Numbered from the stretch's first letter, positions 35,588 through 46,723 are shown. The stretch: DNA of 64,000 nt from a virus (IMGVR_UViG_3300028833_003520); one strand, 5' to 3'. Notes: generated by a model not told the origin, from the letters alone. A program made the numbers and translations.

Positions 35588-37651
35588 TCAAGTGTCACTA
35601 TCTTTATCGTTTGGCTCACTCTCGATTGGTGATGCAGATTTTGTATCATCAATGAGATAAGTAGAGTCAGATTCAACGATAGCGTTTTCAGTGAGAATAC
35701 TGCCATTATAGTAATTCGTGGAAGCCATTCTTTTTGCTTTAAGCATAAAGTTTTCTATGTATTCACGAACTGCTTTGTTAGCAGGGCGAGCACCGAATGA
35801 AGGTACATAAGTACGCTTAACTATTTCATCTAAATCTTTGTCAGGTATCTTGTCAGGGAGTTTGAGTGTTCTCTTTTCTGCCTTGATACGAGTGACTTCT
35901 CTTTCGTATATATCTACAACGATTTCTCTGTAGATATCTTCGTTCAATTCATTCATCTGAATGATATGGTCGAATCTATTCAGAAGTTCGTTATCAAACC
36001 ATTTGGACAATTCTTTGACTTCAGACTTGTAAGAAGTCTTTGCCTCTTCTGTGTTGAAGCCAAGAGGATTCTTGACTTCTTTGTGAGCAGCATTTGAAGT
36101 AGCAATGATAATTGCTTTTGAAAAGTCAATGACTTGACCGTTACGATTGCTCTTAATGTAGCCTTCATCAAAGGCTTGCATAAAGAGTCTCTGAACAGAT
36201 TTATGTGCTTTCTCTAACTCGTCAAGCAGAATAACTGCGTAAGGGTTAGATGCGAGTGAGTCGAACGGTAATTCTGCATTGGAATCACTTCCAATGAAAC
36301 CCACGACAGAACCAACAATCTTGTTGATACTATCTTCTCCTGAGAACTCTGTCATATTGAGGGTAATGATAGGCGAACTTGTTAAGTCTTTGCCAAGAAC
36401 CTTGGCAATTTCTGTCTTACCAACGCCTGAAGGACCGACAAGTAAGAATGTCAGAGGTTTCTTGTGTGGGAATAATTCAAAATCATTTCGTTCGACCGCA
36501 TTGCAAATTTCTGCAAGTGCTTCGTCCTGACCTTTGATGTATGAAAGGTCTCTTTCGAGGGCTTCGATATCAAGTTCAGTTTTCGAACTGGTTCCTGTCA
36601 TCATTCTGATGGCAGTTTTCTTGATTTGTTCAACGGTCAGACGGAAGAACGGCATACTGTGGATAGCGTCGATTGTATCTTGAGCACGCTGTCTATCTTC
36701 TGCAGTTTTTGCAAGTAATTTTTGAGTGGTCATTTCCTGTTCGGCAGTCTTATAGAACAAGATGGTATCAGCAATGGCTCTGTCCATCAGAGTAATTGCG
36801 GTATCAGGTCTATGATTGCCAGCGAGATGATAATCATCGGCGATTGCTACGAGGGCTTCAAGAATATCGTCTTTGAACTGAACTTTCTTATTGTAATGGT
36901 TGTAATAAGAAGGCTTAATGTCTTTCAGAATTTCGATAGTCTGAGACTTCGATAATTCATCAACGATAACTCTTGTAAATCTTCTGTTGAAAGCAGGATT
37001 ATCCATAAAGTCCTTGCTTTCCTGAAGAGTAGTAGAGCCGATAACTTTAATTTCGCCTCGTGCCAATGCAGGTTTCAAAATTTCTGCAATGTCAGTGTAA
37101 TGCCTTGCAGAAAGCATTAAATGTATCTCATCAATAAACAAGATTGCTTTGTTTTTCGGGTCTGATGCAAACTCTATAACGGCTTGCATTTTCTGCTCAA
37201 CCATACCAACTAAGGTACTGCCTGATACTATGTTCTGTAGAGGCAGAGAGTAGATGGTATAGCCTTTAAGCGAATCAGGTATGAGAGGGTCGTCGTTTTC
37301 AAGTCTGCGAGCAATATCTTCTACAATACAAGTTTTACCGACACCTGCGGAACCGATATACAAAGCGTTTGGCTTGTTTTTACCGATAAGAATGGAGAGT
37401 GTTTGTTCAATGATTTCGTCTCTGAATTTAATCGGAGTGGCATCTTTGAACATATCGTTGTAATTGATAAGCAGAGAGTCGAGCGAATTTTCTTCGCCTG
37501 TACCGTTAGAGTTTCTACTCGGTGCAATCACAATTACTCTGGGCTGACCATTATCTTCGTTGTTACCGCCGTTGTTTGTTCCATTGTCTTCAGGCGGTGG
37601 AGTGTTTTTCGATTTATCCGATGTCGGATTTGTAAAATTGTTGTAAGCCAT
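35588..37651 (-). CDS. Clp/Hsp100 two-ring AAA+ ATPase lacking the N-domain
   Basis: GSAGVGKT/FIDEIH/LKPALARG and GPSGVGKT/LLDELEKAH/FGARP; NPLGF loop. Confidence 0.92.
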   Translation of the reverse strand: MAYNNFTNPTSDKSKNTPPPEDNGTNNGGNNEDNGQPRVIVIAPSRNSNGTGEENSLDSLLINYNDMFKDATPIKFRDEIIEQTLSILIGKNKPNALYIGSAGVGKTCIVEDIARRLENDDPLIPDSLKGYTIYSLPLQNIVSGSTLVGMVEQKMQAVIEFASDPKNKAILFIDEIHLMLSARHYTDIAEILKPALARGEIKVIGSTTLQESKDFMDNPAFNRRFTRVIVDELSKSQTIEILKDIKPSYYNHYNKKVQFKDDILEALVAIADDYHLAGNHRPDTAITLMDRAIADTILFYKTAEQEMTTQKLLAKTAEDRQRAQDTIDAIHSMPFFRLTVEQIKKTAIRMMTGTSSKTELDIEALERDLSYIKGQDEALAEICNAVERNDFELFPHKKPLTFLLVGPSGVGKTEIAKVLGKDLTSSPIITLNMTEFSGEDSINKIVGSVVGFIGSDSNAELPFDSLASNPYAVILLDELEKAHKSVQRLFMQAFDEGYIKSNRNGQVIDFSKAIIIATSNAAHKEVKNPLGFNTEEAKTSYKSEVKELSKWFDNELLNRFDHIIQMNELNEDIYREIVVDIYEREVTRIKAEKRTLKLPDKIPDKDLDEIVKRTYVPSFGARPANKAVREYIENFMLKAKRMASTNYYNGSILTENAIVESDSTYLIDDTKSASPIESEPNDKDSDT

Positions 37652-37732
37652 TGCAGTTACTATCCTTTTTGTTGTTGAAATTACGGTAGGTTAGGGTGGA
37701 AGGCAAGCCTTCCAACCCTTACCGTATTTGAA

Positions 37733-39439
37733 TCAGAAGAGAAGTTTTCTTCTGATATCGGGGTCAACGTGTAACATACTTTCACAGAAGCGTTCTGCTG
37801 ACTCTTTTTCCTCTTCGAAGTCAATACAACCGTATGATTCGAGAGGCAAGTAGTAGAGATTTCGGGGATGTTTAACGAAACGGTTCTGTCTCCATACCCA
37901 TTCAAAGTCAGTCATAATGATAGAGAATTCTCTCTTACGCTTATCGCTCTGATTGATGTAGTGCCAAATCTGCTCGTAATCTGTACCGCCGTCAACCTTT
38001 TTGATGCGGTTAAATTCGGCAAAGATTTCGGATAAGGTCTTATCACGACACTTAATAAGTGAATCGGAAGACAAACTATCGGAGAAACTGTTGAAGTATA
38101 AGTTCATATTAAACTTTTTGGCTAATATGATACAAGACTTGATAGCAGTCTGATAGTTCTGTTCACTAACGGAACCCGAAGTATCGAGGTAGATATGAAT
38201 ATCGGGTTTATAAGTGACTCGTGTAGTTTTACCTTGCAGATTGAAGTCTTCAGGCTTACGTCTGTTAGGGCGTGAGAAAGTATGAACTGTGTTCTTAAAG
38301 ATGTTCTCTGATGACTGAACCGCTTGCATTTTATCAAGAATGCTCTTGATGATAACAAGCATTTCTTCAGGAGTCGGCTGTTTCGTTCTGAACTTCATAG
38401 GCTTGCAAACGCCAGATGCTTTGTTATTCTGAAGCATCATTTCGGCTGCAACTACGGCTCCCTTTGCCGCCTTACGCAAATTCTTTGCGGATGCGGTAAG
38501 TCTGTTCAGTTCTTTCTGACTGGTTGTTGTAATCTTCATACTAACAGCCTGAGAGATAATGTCCCATTCATCACGGATGGATGTTGCAGACGCTCTTGAA
38601 TGTTTCTCAACATTTACAAGAGTGATTGTTCTTGGAGTGTAAAGTTCTCTCAATGAAAACGGTAGGCAACCGAACTCTGCGTCGGAGACCTGTTTGGTGT
38701 AGTTCATCAATGCGGCAACGATGATTCGTGCAAATGAGAACTCTTCTACGTTTTCATCAGGTAAGTCACGAAGAGCAAAGGTTTCAGTCAGGTTATCTAA
38801 CTTAACATTCATAAAGTCTTTTATGATGTTACAGGTGGCATTTGATAAAACTCCACTTGCGTACATAGGCTGAACTTGAATGTCGAACCAAGCCTTAAAA
38901 TCTTCGAACGACCTCTCGTTTACAAAGTAAAATCCGAGAGTATCAGGTCTTGCATAATATGCAAGGGCAACGAAGAACTTTTCGTATGAACATACTCCAC
39001 CCAAGAACTGTCTGGCTGTAGGGATTACATCCTGAGCAGGTGTGTAGATGATTGTCTGTGAAGGAAAGGGGAGAGGCGGCACGCCTGGGTGAGTCGCATT
39101 CTCCTTGACTAACGCCTGTACGGAGAACAGTGAATCAACAGGCATCTGAGGTGCCTTATCATAATAAATCATTGTGCTTGTCAGCAATTCCTTAACAGCA
39201 AGTTCAGCAGCAGGGTTGTTGTTGATGTAAGCATCAACAACGAGTGCCGTTATATCATCTTCTGTGAGTTTCTTGCCATTCGCCTGAATAGAGGCTTTGA
39301 CACGCTTAGAATGAGGAGTGAATAACGGTTTTACTATTGTCTCCTTGATGAAGGCAATAGGGTCGAAGTCCCCTGACGGCTTTGATGTGTAAATTGGTGA
39401 AAGCACGACAGGCTTATTATTACTTACACTAATAGCCAT
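37733..39439 (-). CDS. vWA-domain protein (MoxR partner)
   Basis: IYLDTSGSVS MIDAS, GGTD, IIMTD. Confidence 0.85.
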   Translation of the reverse strand: MAISVSNNKPVVLSPIYTSKPSGDFDPIAFIKETIVKPLFTPHSKRVKASIQANGKKLTEDDITALVVDAYINNNPAAELAVKELLTSTMIYYDKAPQMPVDSLFSVQALVKENATHPGVPPLPFPSQTIIYTPAQDVIPTARQFLGGVCSYEKFFVALAYYARPDTLGFYFVNERSFEDFKAWFDIQVQPMYASGVLSNATCNIIKDFMNVKLDNLTETFALRDLPDENVEEFSFARIIVAALMNYTKQVSDAEFGCLPFSLRELYTPRTITLVNVEKHSRASATSIRDEWDIISQAVSMKITTTSQKELNRLTASAKNLRKAAKGAVVAAEMMLQNNKASGVCKPMKFRTKQPTPEEMLVIIKSILDKMQAVQSSENIFKNTVHTFSRPNRRKPEDFNLQGKTTRVTYKPDIHIYLDTSGSVSEQNYQTAIKSCIILAKKFNMNLYFNSFSDSLSSDSLIKCRDKTLSEIFAEFNRIKKVDGGTDYEQIWHYINQSDKRKREFSIIMTDFEWVWRQNRFVKHPRNLYYLPLESYGCIDFEEEKESAERFCESMLHVDPDIRRKLLF

Positions 39440-39486
39440 ATCTTTTTCCTTTCTGAAATATGGTATGTTACATTATGGACTAAATA

Positions 39487-40764
39487 TTAGCCCATAATGT
39501 AACTGAGTGACTGTGCGAGAGGTGTGTTGGAATTGAGTACGGACTCAACATTTCCAGAATCAAGCATATCCTTTGAGTAAAGTCCCATAAGAGTCTTGAG
39601 GTCAACGGGGTCCATCTTCTTGATTTCAGTTACCAACTGAGTGATGTAGATTTCGTTGTCTTCCTTCTCATACATAAGGTAGAGCATACAACCTGACTTC
39701 TCACCGTCTGTCATCTTTGAGATGAAGTCGTTGAGAGAGTTTACATCCTTGCACTTCTTGAAATCGTCGTAGCAAGAAGGCTTAGGTACTGTAACAGAAG
39801 TATTGCTACCGTTACCGAGATTAGCGACGTTGCTTGTGATTTCTGCATAGAGAAGAGCAGCAAATGCGGTTTGACCGACAACTGCTTCGATAATGCCCTG
39901 AAGAGCACTCTTATCGGGAACATTTTCTCCTACCTTCTGTACAGTGTTGATACGAGCATAGAACTCGTCCTTTGTGTACATATTGAGTTTCTGTGAAAGA
40001 GCCTCAATGCTTCGAGGTGATGTAAAAGGTACACTTCTACCTTCGTCGAGAAGTTCCTCAATGTCAAACTCGTTGTTATTATCAGGGTCAGAAATCTGAC
40101 CAGTAGCAGAGATAGAGATTGACTTCTGAAGCAGACATTCAGGATGCTTAACGAGTACATTCTTAATGTAGATGTTAAGGTCAGGAACTACTTCGAGGAA
40201 TGTATCGAGGTCGGGCTTTACGTGAATCCAGAACAGTCTGTTAATAACAGCGTCATCAACGGTTGTAACGTGTCCCTTATCATTACCCGAAAGCATAATC
40301 TTCAGGTTATCAGGAAGAGCGAATGTACCGATAACTCTCTGAGTTGCAAGGTTGAGAAGTGAGGACATAACGTCAGCAGGAACTCTGTTGAACTCATCGA
40401 GGAAGAGAATAGGAGTTTCTCTCGGATTGTCGATAGCGTACATAATAGCGTCAGTAATTTCCTGACGAGGATAGAAGTTTGTCTGATACTGCAAACCACT
40501 ATTGAAAAGGTCTGTTGAGTTCTTACCCTTAAGAGTCTTGGGGTCGATAGGAATAAGTCTCTGACCTGTAAGGTCGGCTCTATCTACCAACTGGTTACAA
40601 GGAATGGTGAATGCCTTTGTGTGCATCTCGTTTGCGAGTGCAAGAACGAAGGAAGTCTTACCAATACCAGGCTCTCCGAGTAAGCAGGGCAAGGCTCTTG
40701 TCTGAAGAGTCTTCTTGATTTCATCAGTAAGCAGGGGACCAAACTGGAAGTTCACATCATACAT
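39487..40764 (-). CDS. MoxR-like AAA+ ATPase
   Basis: GEPGIGKT, DLTG, LFLDEFNR, SGN, AVINR, SPRS; AAAGGAG RBS before ATG 40764. Confidence 0.88.
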   Translation of the reverse strand: MYDVNFQFGPLLTDEIKKTLQTRALPCLLGEPGIGKTSFVLALANEMHTKAFTIPCNQLVDRADLTGQRLIPIDPKTLKGKNSTDLFNSGLQYQTNFYPRQEITDAIMYAIDNPRETPILFLDEFNRVPADVMSSLLNLATQRVIGTFALPDNLKIMLSGNDKGHVTTVDDAVINRLFWIHVKPDLDTFLEVVPDLNIYIKNVLVKHPECLLQKSISISATGQISDPDNNNEFDIEELLDEGRSVPFTSPRSIEALSQKLNMYTKDEFYARINTVQKVGENVPDKSALQGIIEAVVGQTAFAALLYAEITSNVANLGNGSNTSVTVPKPSCYDDFKKCKDVNSLNDFISKMTDGEKSGCMLYLMYEKEDNEIYITQLVTEIKKMDPVDLKTLMGLYSKDMLDSGNVESVLNSNTPLAQSLSYIMG

Positions 40765-40988
40765 AATAGTTTCTCCTTTAATTTTTATCGTTTGATGATG
40801 TAATGTGTTGTTACTCAAAAAAGCAGTGTTGCTTTTAAGAATCATAAATAGTACATAAATCTATAAACTTATAGATTCGCTTTTGGGCTTACACTCCTTT
40901 ATGTGTAAGAACCAAAGGCAGTTCGAAAGTTATGGGCAATAACTTGCGATTAGGGATTTTGAAGGTATGTGTTCAATATTAAAAATCG

Positions 40989-41017
40989 TTGATATATCAA
41001 CCAATTTATGCTAATAT
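40989..41017 (+). promoter_or_regulatory. Promoter with TTGATATATCAA palindrome over the -35
   Basis: TTGATA-17bp-TAATAT with TG. Confidence 0.5.
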
Positions 41018-41052
41018 TGAATGTGAATTATATGAGGAAAGAGAGGTATATT

Positions 41053-41655
41053 ATGACAGGCAAAAGTCATTTGGCGGCAAATATTGGAACAGCAATTTAT
41101 TGCACGAATGCTATGGTATATGCTGTTTGTTTTGCTCCACCAATGATTGCAAAAATTGCAAATGAAGGACTGCATTATTTTGCTGGCTCTGGAGATAATA
41201 CCCCTTTAGTTCTTTATATCATAGCGAGTGTTGGTTTTTATCTTTTAGGAACATTACTTCCTGATATAGATAAAGACACTTCTATGATTTCACAGATATT
41301 TCACTTTCACATACCGATAGAACATCATACGTGGACACACTTGGTTTATTGGGCGTTAGCGTTTATTCCTTTGGGATTAGTGTTTCGACCAATAATGTTT
41401 CTGCCAATCGGTTATGTTTTACATCTTGTGGCAGATAGTTTTTCTGTGTGTGGCAACTGTTGGTTTGTTCTTAATTATCGTCGTTATGGCGATAATGGTG
41501 CAAAGGTGAAGAAAGGACATATCCTGAAACTTTACCAAACAGGCAAAGCCTCGGAATATGTCCTCGTAAGTGTTTTCTTCACTTTAGCCGTTGTGATGTG
41601 TATCTACTTTTACAAAGAAGATATTTACCGAACGGCATTAGATGTCATCATCTAA
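41053..41655 (+). CDS. Membrane-bound metal-dependent hydrolase (YdjM/DUF457-like)
   Basis: MTGKSH, LLPDID, HHTWTH, HLVAD plus TM helices. Confidence 0.85.
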   Translation: MTGKSHLAANIGTAIYCTNAMVYAVCFAPPMIAKIANEGLHYFAGSGDNTPLVLYIIASVGFYLLGTLLPDIDKDTSMISQIFHFHIPIEHHTWTHLVYWALAFIPLGLVFRPIMFLPIGYVLHLVADSFSVCGNCWFVLNYRRYGDNGAKVKKGHILKLYQTGKASEYVLVSVFFTLAVVMCIYFYKEDIYRTALDVII

Positions 41656-42558
41656 GTGGTCTGACGCAAGCCAAGCATTCATTACACGCTCGAATGATTG
41701 AGTATCACCCATAAGCCTATCGGCGAATAATTCGACAGGAATATATCGGGTTTCAATCTTTGGAGCGTTTTCGAGTGTAGCAGGCTCGTTTTCATCTTCA
41801 TTATCTGTGTCAGGAATGAAAGCGATAGCGACTGTTCCGATGTCACCTTGACGAAGGATATTAAGGTCGATACAACGGTTGGTGATGTAAACGAGATTGT
41901 CAAACTGGTTCTTGGTGCCGTACAGATAACTTGCGAAATTCTCCAAATCTGACTCAACATACTTGTTTGTGTAGGTATGGAGAATGGTGCAGTTTTCAGA
42001 GAACATTTCGTTGTGATTGATGATTTCATCAAGACGTTTCTCAAATTCAGAGAACTGTTTGTCTTCATCAGCACGTCTTTTCTCAAAGATTGTGTAAGCC
42101 TCGTATTCTTTAGCCTCTTTCTCTGGAAGGAGTGCTAATTCTTCTTCAGAAAGAGATGAAGGTGGTGTGTAGGACTCTACTGTATAACCGACTGCTCTTG
42201 AGATTGCTTTGTTACGAGCAATATCTGTATCGGATTTCATATAGACGAGATGGAAACTGAGGTCAGGGCGATTAGCAATGAGTTCATAGAATCCCTTGGG
42301 GTCTATGATGTAAACATCGCATTCTTCAAGTTGCTTTTCTGTGGCGAAGTATTCATATTCACCAATCTTTGTGTATGCAATACAGTTTACCTGTTTTGCT
42401 TTTGATTCAGACGGGTCAATGAAAGTGTGAGTGTCTTCAGTAGGAGAACGCTTAGGACGAGTTGCATACGATTTGAGGATATTCAGTCCTCTCTGTTCAA
42501 GCATACGAGCAAGCGTATCTTTTCCTGTTCCTGAACGACCGACAATCAGATATTTCAT
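41638..42558 (-). CDS. Guanylate-kinase-like protein
   Basis: IVGRSGTGKDT, SYATRPKR, YIIDPKG. Confidence 0.8.
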   Translation of the reverse strand: MKYLIVGRSGTGKDTLARMLEQRGLNILKSYATRPKRSPTEDTHTFIDPSESKAKQVNCIAYTKIGEYEYFATEKQLEECDVYIIDPKGFYELIANRPDLSFHLVYMKSDTDIARNKAISRAVGYTVESYTPPSSLSEEELALLPEKEAKEYEAYTIFEKRRADEDKQFSEFEKRLDEIINHNEMFSENCTILHTYTNKYVESDLENFASYLYGTKNQFDNLVYITNRCIDLNILRQGDIGTVAIAFIPDTDNEDENEPATLENAPKIETRYIPVELFADRLMGDTQSFERVMNAWLASDHLDDDI

Positions 42559-43601
42559 AATCCGAGGTCTCCTTTCGTAATGGCATCGTTGCCAGTGTAG
42601 TGTTTTTCTGTAGGATTGTCCGATGTAGCGGCAATACCTAAAAGGTCAACCGAAGGAATGGTTGAAGGTAAGTCAGGTTTCCAAATAGCAATGTTAACAT
42701 CTTTGTTGATAGCGTTACGGTTAATCAAAGTTGAGATGATAGTAATTGCGTAGTCCTTGAATTCCTGTTCGGTAGCGTTATGTTCTTCCATATATTTCTG
42801 CTTGTTAAAGCAGATATAAGCACCGTGACGAGAATCCAGAGGGATGATGTAGATAATGTCGCAATCAAAGACATTTTTAGAAATACCTTCAACAAGTTCG
42901 CTTCGAAGCATATATGCATATTCTGCGAAGTCAGAGTAATTGGTAAACAGAATAAGTTTGAAATCATTGGGGAACTTAATTTGTGCTTCACCAATCTGCA
43001 TAGCAGCCTTTGATAAGGTGTTACCCCAAACGCTGTTGTAAAGACCTCTATCGAATGCATAGTTGCTCCAATCATCTTTGTCGCCACCGTTGTTTTTGTA
43101 AACACATAGCGGTTCGGCGTTATCAAAGGTGATATTAGAATAGAAGTCTCCGTTAGGAGCAATACCTGTTAATGTTTTGAAGTATAAGACGAGTCCGAAT
43201 TCGTCTAATTCAATACGAGAAACATCTTTAGCGTATTCTTGCGGTACATCAGCCAGAGGCATTGCGGCAACAATGGTGGTATGGTTGAATGTGGCGTTAT
43301 CACGCCAAGCAGCATTGCAGAGATTCTGAGGCAGTGTGTTGATTGAATTATTGGCACCAATGCAGATACTCATCATAGAGGCTTCTGAGCCATCGTAATT
43401 CTGTGATAGTTCTTCAATGTATAAACAGGGACAGTTTTTTTCGTCTCCTTTGATTTGAAAAACGATACCGTGACCATTATTCGTATGAATAAGGTTAGGT
43501 TTGATACTTTCAACACGAGTTACGAGGACATTATTCTTTATAATCTTGGTCTCAAAGCATCGCTTGAATTCTTCGAAAAATTCGTTGATGTTAATCTTCA
43601 T
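42555..43601 (-). CDS. Hypothetical protein
   Basis: 348 aa; AAGGAG RBS. Confidence 0.8.
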   Translation of the reverse strand: MKININEFFEEFKRCFETKIIKNNVLVTRVESIKPNLIHTNNGHGIVFQIKGDEKNCPCLYIEELSQNYDGSEASMMSICIGANNSINTLPQNLCNAAWRDNATFNHTTIVAAMPLADVPQEYAKDVSRIELDEFGLVLYFKTLTGIAPNGDFYSNITFDNAEPLCVYKNNGGDKDDWSNYAFDRGLYNSVWGNTLSKAAMQIGEAQIKFPNDFKLILFTNYSDFAEYAYMLRSELVEGISKNVFDCDIIYIIPLDSRHGAYICFNKQKYMEEHNATEQEFKDYAITIISTLINRNAINKDVNIAIWKPDLPSTIPSVDLLGIAATSDNPTEKHYTGNDAITKGDLGL

Positions 43602-43613
43602 TGGTGAGTCTCC

Positions 43614-44252
43614 TTATTTAAGTTCTGATTGCAATTCAACAAGTCTATTAAAGTCAGATTGATTGAACACAATGTTTCCATTGAGGTCTTGATAATATAA
43701 GACTTTCTTGGTGTATTCTAATGCACCATTATAAGTATATGCTCTTAAGTATATACCTGAAGGGACTTCGCTGACAGGGTATTGTTCGAGCAAGGCTTGT
43801 CCTTGTGGAGAACGAGATGAGATAAAGTAGATGTTATCTACGTTGGCTGAAGCAGCCATTAAATCATCGTAAATAGCCCTGCAATCAGGACAGTCAAAAC
43901 GGTAGTAGATGATAATTGTGCCTGGAGTAAGTTCAGTAGGGAGTGTATCTTCAACAGGCGAGTGACTGATGCCATCATACATAGTCGCAATAGTCATATC
44001 ACGAGTGTATGCTCCGTGTTTGACAGCAATAGCATAACTTGCATTGAGTACGACCATACTGATGAGACTTAATGCTGTAATTATTCCAAGTGCAACAATT
44101 ACTCTTTTCTTGGCTTTTTGAGCCGTATCTTTGATGCCTTTTCTGAACTTACGAATAGTGTCAATGAGTATAATGACGATGATAATGATACCAATGAGTG
44201 AAATGAAATAGGTAGCATTTACAGCGTCATCTAACTTCAAAGTGCTAAACAT
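43614..44252 (-). CDS. Membrane-anchored thioredoxin-fold protein
   Basis: Two TM helices, CPDC, VSEVPS cis-Pro region. Confidence 0.7.
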   Translation of the reverse strand: MFSTLKLDDAVNATYFISLIGIIIIVIILIDTIRKFRKGIKDTAQKAKKRVIVALGIITALSLISMVVLNASYAIAVKHGAYTRDMTIATMYDGISHSPVEDTLPTELTPGTIIIYYRFDCPDCRAIYDDLMAASANVDNIYFISSRSPQGQALLEQYPVSEVPSGIYLRAYTYNGALEYTKKVLYYQDLNGNIVFNQSDFNRLVELQSELK

Positions 44253-45480
44253 TTTCGTTATCCTTTCTTACTTTGAGTATGTTCTGCGGAGTATCAAATG
44301 CTTGATTGGGATTATCTTTCATTAAGCATTTTCTTCTACGGATGGAATCCTTGAAAGGTATGATACGACCGTCAGACATATGCCGTATTCCACCACGAGC
44401 GTGCCAAACAGGAACCTTGTATTTAACAATGGTTTCTTCTGTAGGCATTCTGGGTATTTTAACGGACTGGACTTTGATGTTGCCGACATAGCGAATATGT
44501 CTGTTATCAACAGCAATTTCTTCGCTTGGCTGTGCAACAATCGTTCGGGGAGTAGATGTTCGTGTAGTACGAACTTTCTCGTTGTACAGTTTGATATTGA
44601 CTAATGCAATAAGACTGATGAAAATCGTGGCAAGACTATTGAAAATAGTTTTACCGTGTTTTTCGTTTTCAAGCAATTGTGTGCCATATCTTCGAATAGG
44701 TTCGGAAACGGCGTTAACCAAAACTGTACTATAGAAAACCGTTTGTTCGTCTTCACTCCAACATTCTTTATTCAAGTCAATTTCGGTGAAAATATCGGTA
44801 AAGAATTTGTATGGAATACAATCTTTTTGTAAGTCTAAAGATGAAGCGGTAAAGACTCCTTCTATACCTGGCTGCCACGTCACCATATGGTCGTCGGAAA
44901 CATAGTTGACGTAATCTTTGACATAGATAGTGGCAGATTGATTTACAGAATCAATTTCCTGTATTTTCCAATAGATGTATCTGTCGGCAGTAATCTGCAA
45001 TACGCCTTCTGAAAAACAGGGAACACACAAAAGCCAACTGTTTGATTCTATATCGGAATTAAGTTTTGCTTCAGTAAGAAGTTGTAGGATTTTGTTAAAA
45101 TCAACCTGTGTTCCTTTGACGTGAGATTTTCCGAAAAGATACTCTTGTAAGTCGATTATATCCAAAGATTTTAACTTTTTCTTGGAAAGTGCAAGACCTC
45201 TATTTACAATCAATTGATTGTATGAGCGTTGTAGCATCTTTGGATTAAGACCATAGCGTTCGTTAGCAATTTGACCGACTAATTCTATTTCATCATTTAT
45301 GGTATGAATGAGAAGGTCTTCATCGACAGCAGTATCGACTTTGGCGAATGCGTCATTAAGTCGTTTCTGCAAAAGTATAGCGAGAGGGTCGCTCGACTTT
45401 GAATAGAAGGTGTTATGCTTCGTGTCGCTTTGACCTGCAACTCTCATAGAGAAAGGTAGGCGAGAATTATTCGGCAACAT
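44245..45480 (-). CDS. Hypothetical protein
   Basis: 411 aa; WHARGGIRH near the C-terminus resembles WxVRGHWR motifs of phage proteins. Confidence 0.75.
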   Translation of the reverse strand: MLPNNSRLPFSMRVAGQSDTKHNTFYSKSSDPLAILLQKRLNDAFAKVDTAVDEDLLIHTINDEIELVGQIANERYGLNPKMLQRSYNQLIVNRGLALSKKKLKSLDIIDLQEYLFGKSHVKGTQVDFNKILQLLTEAKLNSDIESNSWLLCVPCFSEGVLQITADRYIYWKIQEIDSVNQSATIYVKDYVNYVSDDHMVTWQPGIEGVFTASSLDLQKDCIPYKFFTDIFTEIDLNKECWSEDEQTVFYSTVLVNAVSEPIRRYGTQLLENEKHGKTIFNSLATIFISLIALVNIKLYNEKVRTTRTSTPRTIVAQPSEEIAVDNRHIRYVGNIKVQSVKIPRMPTEETIVKYKVPVWHARGGIRHMSDGRIIPFKDSIRRRKCLMKDNPNQAFDTPQNILKVRKDNENV

Positions 45481-45502
45481 AAATTGCTCCTTTCGTTAAG
45501 TA

Positions 45503-46516
45503 TTATTCTTCATCGTTTTCGGTTTTCTGATTATTTGGGTTACCTCTATCTTTACTGATGACATTTTTAGCAATCCATAAAAGCCAAGGAAGACCACATC
45601 GCTTTTCAGTATGCTTTTGTCTAAAAGTCAGTTTGTCTTTGGCAACTTCATACAATATCCACGCTTTTTCGTTATCGGTGTAAGTATGACCGATTTTCCT
45701 TATTCCGTAGGATTTGATTAAGCATTTAAGTTTGTAGTGAAGAAAGCCTATATAGGCAAATTCGTATTTGGAAGGGTCGTCTTCAGTAGGATAATTATCC
45801 TTCTTGAAGTCTGATGGGGTTTTCTTGTATTTGCTTCTTGAAAGGAGAGTCACTATCTCGTCTTTCAAAGGAATGTCTTCAGGTTCTAATTCAGAAACAT
45901 CAACTTCTGTGGCAATAACTTCTTTCTGAATGGCACAGAGTTCTCTGAATACTTCTGTAAAGTCACCGTTTCCAGTAGCAGGACCAATGGAATTACGAGT
46001 AAATGTGATGTAGTGGTTCATCAAGATTTCGTAGAAATTGTGTTCCTCTTGAAGCGTGACTTTCTTTGCGGCTATAGGATATTCTGTTATACAAGCAGGA
46101 AGAGGGAAGACAAGATGAATGCCTTTACCTGATACAGAAACTTCACCATAAACGTAGTTAAGTTGTAGTAGTTTATCTTTGATATGTTTAGGGCACGAAG
46201 GCTCTATATCAAGTACAACGAAACCGTCGATGAGTGCGTCAAGCCAGTATGTGTTGTTTGCGGCATCAGGAACGTACTGACAGATTGTATCTAAATCGGT
46301 TAGGCACTGTTCGTTAGCAAACTTTGCACCTGTCAATTCGTTGTCATAAATCATCCTGTAGATGTCTAAGGGCATCTTCTTAATCTTTCCATTATCTTTC
46401 ATTTGTTTAGTCGAGATAGTCCATTTTTTGTTGTTCTTAATGGACTGAATGAATGGATTAGAGTAGAAATCCTTAAACATCTCGTAAGGATTACACTGAA
46501 CAGACGGCTGATACAT
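45503..46516 (-). CDS. Primase-polymerase (AEP superfamily)-like protein
   Basis: FVVLDIE and EVSVSGKGIHL motifs; helical C-terminal domain. Confidence 0.65.
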   Translation of the reverse strand: MYQPSVQCNPYEMFKDFYSNPFIQSIKNNKKWTISTKQMKDNGKIKKMPLDIYRMIYDNELTGAKFANEQCLTDLDTICQYVPDAANNTYWLDALIDGFVVLDIEPSCPKHIKDKLLQLNYVYGEVSVSGKGIHLVFPLPACITEYPIAAKKVTLQEEHNFYEILMNHYITFTRNSIGPATGNGDFTEVFRELCAIQKEVIATEVDVSELEPEDIPLKDEIVTLLSRSKYKKTPSDFKKDNYPTEDDPSKYEFAYIGFLHYKLKCLIKSYGIRKIGHTYTDNEKAWILYEVAKDKLTFRQKHTEKRCGLPWLLWIAKNVISKDRGNPNNQKTENDEE

Positions 46517-46723
46517 AGTCGTGTTTCCTTTCTTCTTGTTACTGTTTTTTGGTATAAGGCAAGGGGATATAGTCGCACTCTATATTCCCCTTAACCTTTA
46601 AGTTTTACCATAATTTAAGGAGTATAAATTAGATGATGATTATCGTAATAAGTACGAGTAGCCTACAATCAAATGACTGTAGGCTACCGATAGTTACTTA
46701 TTTATTGAGTCACGAAAGACTTC

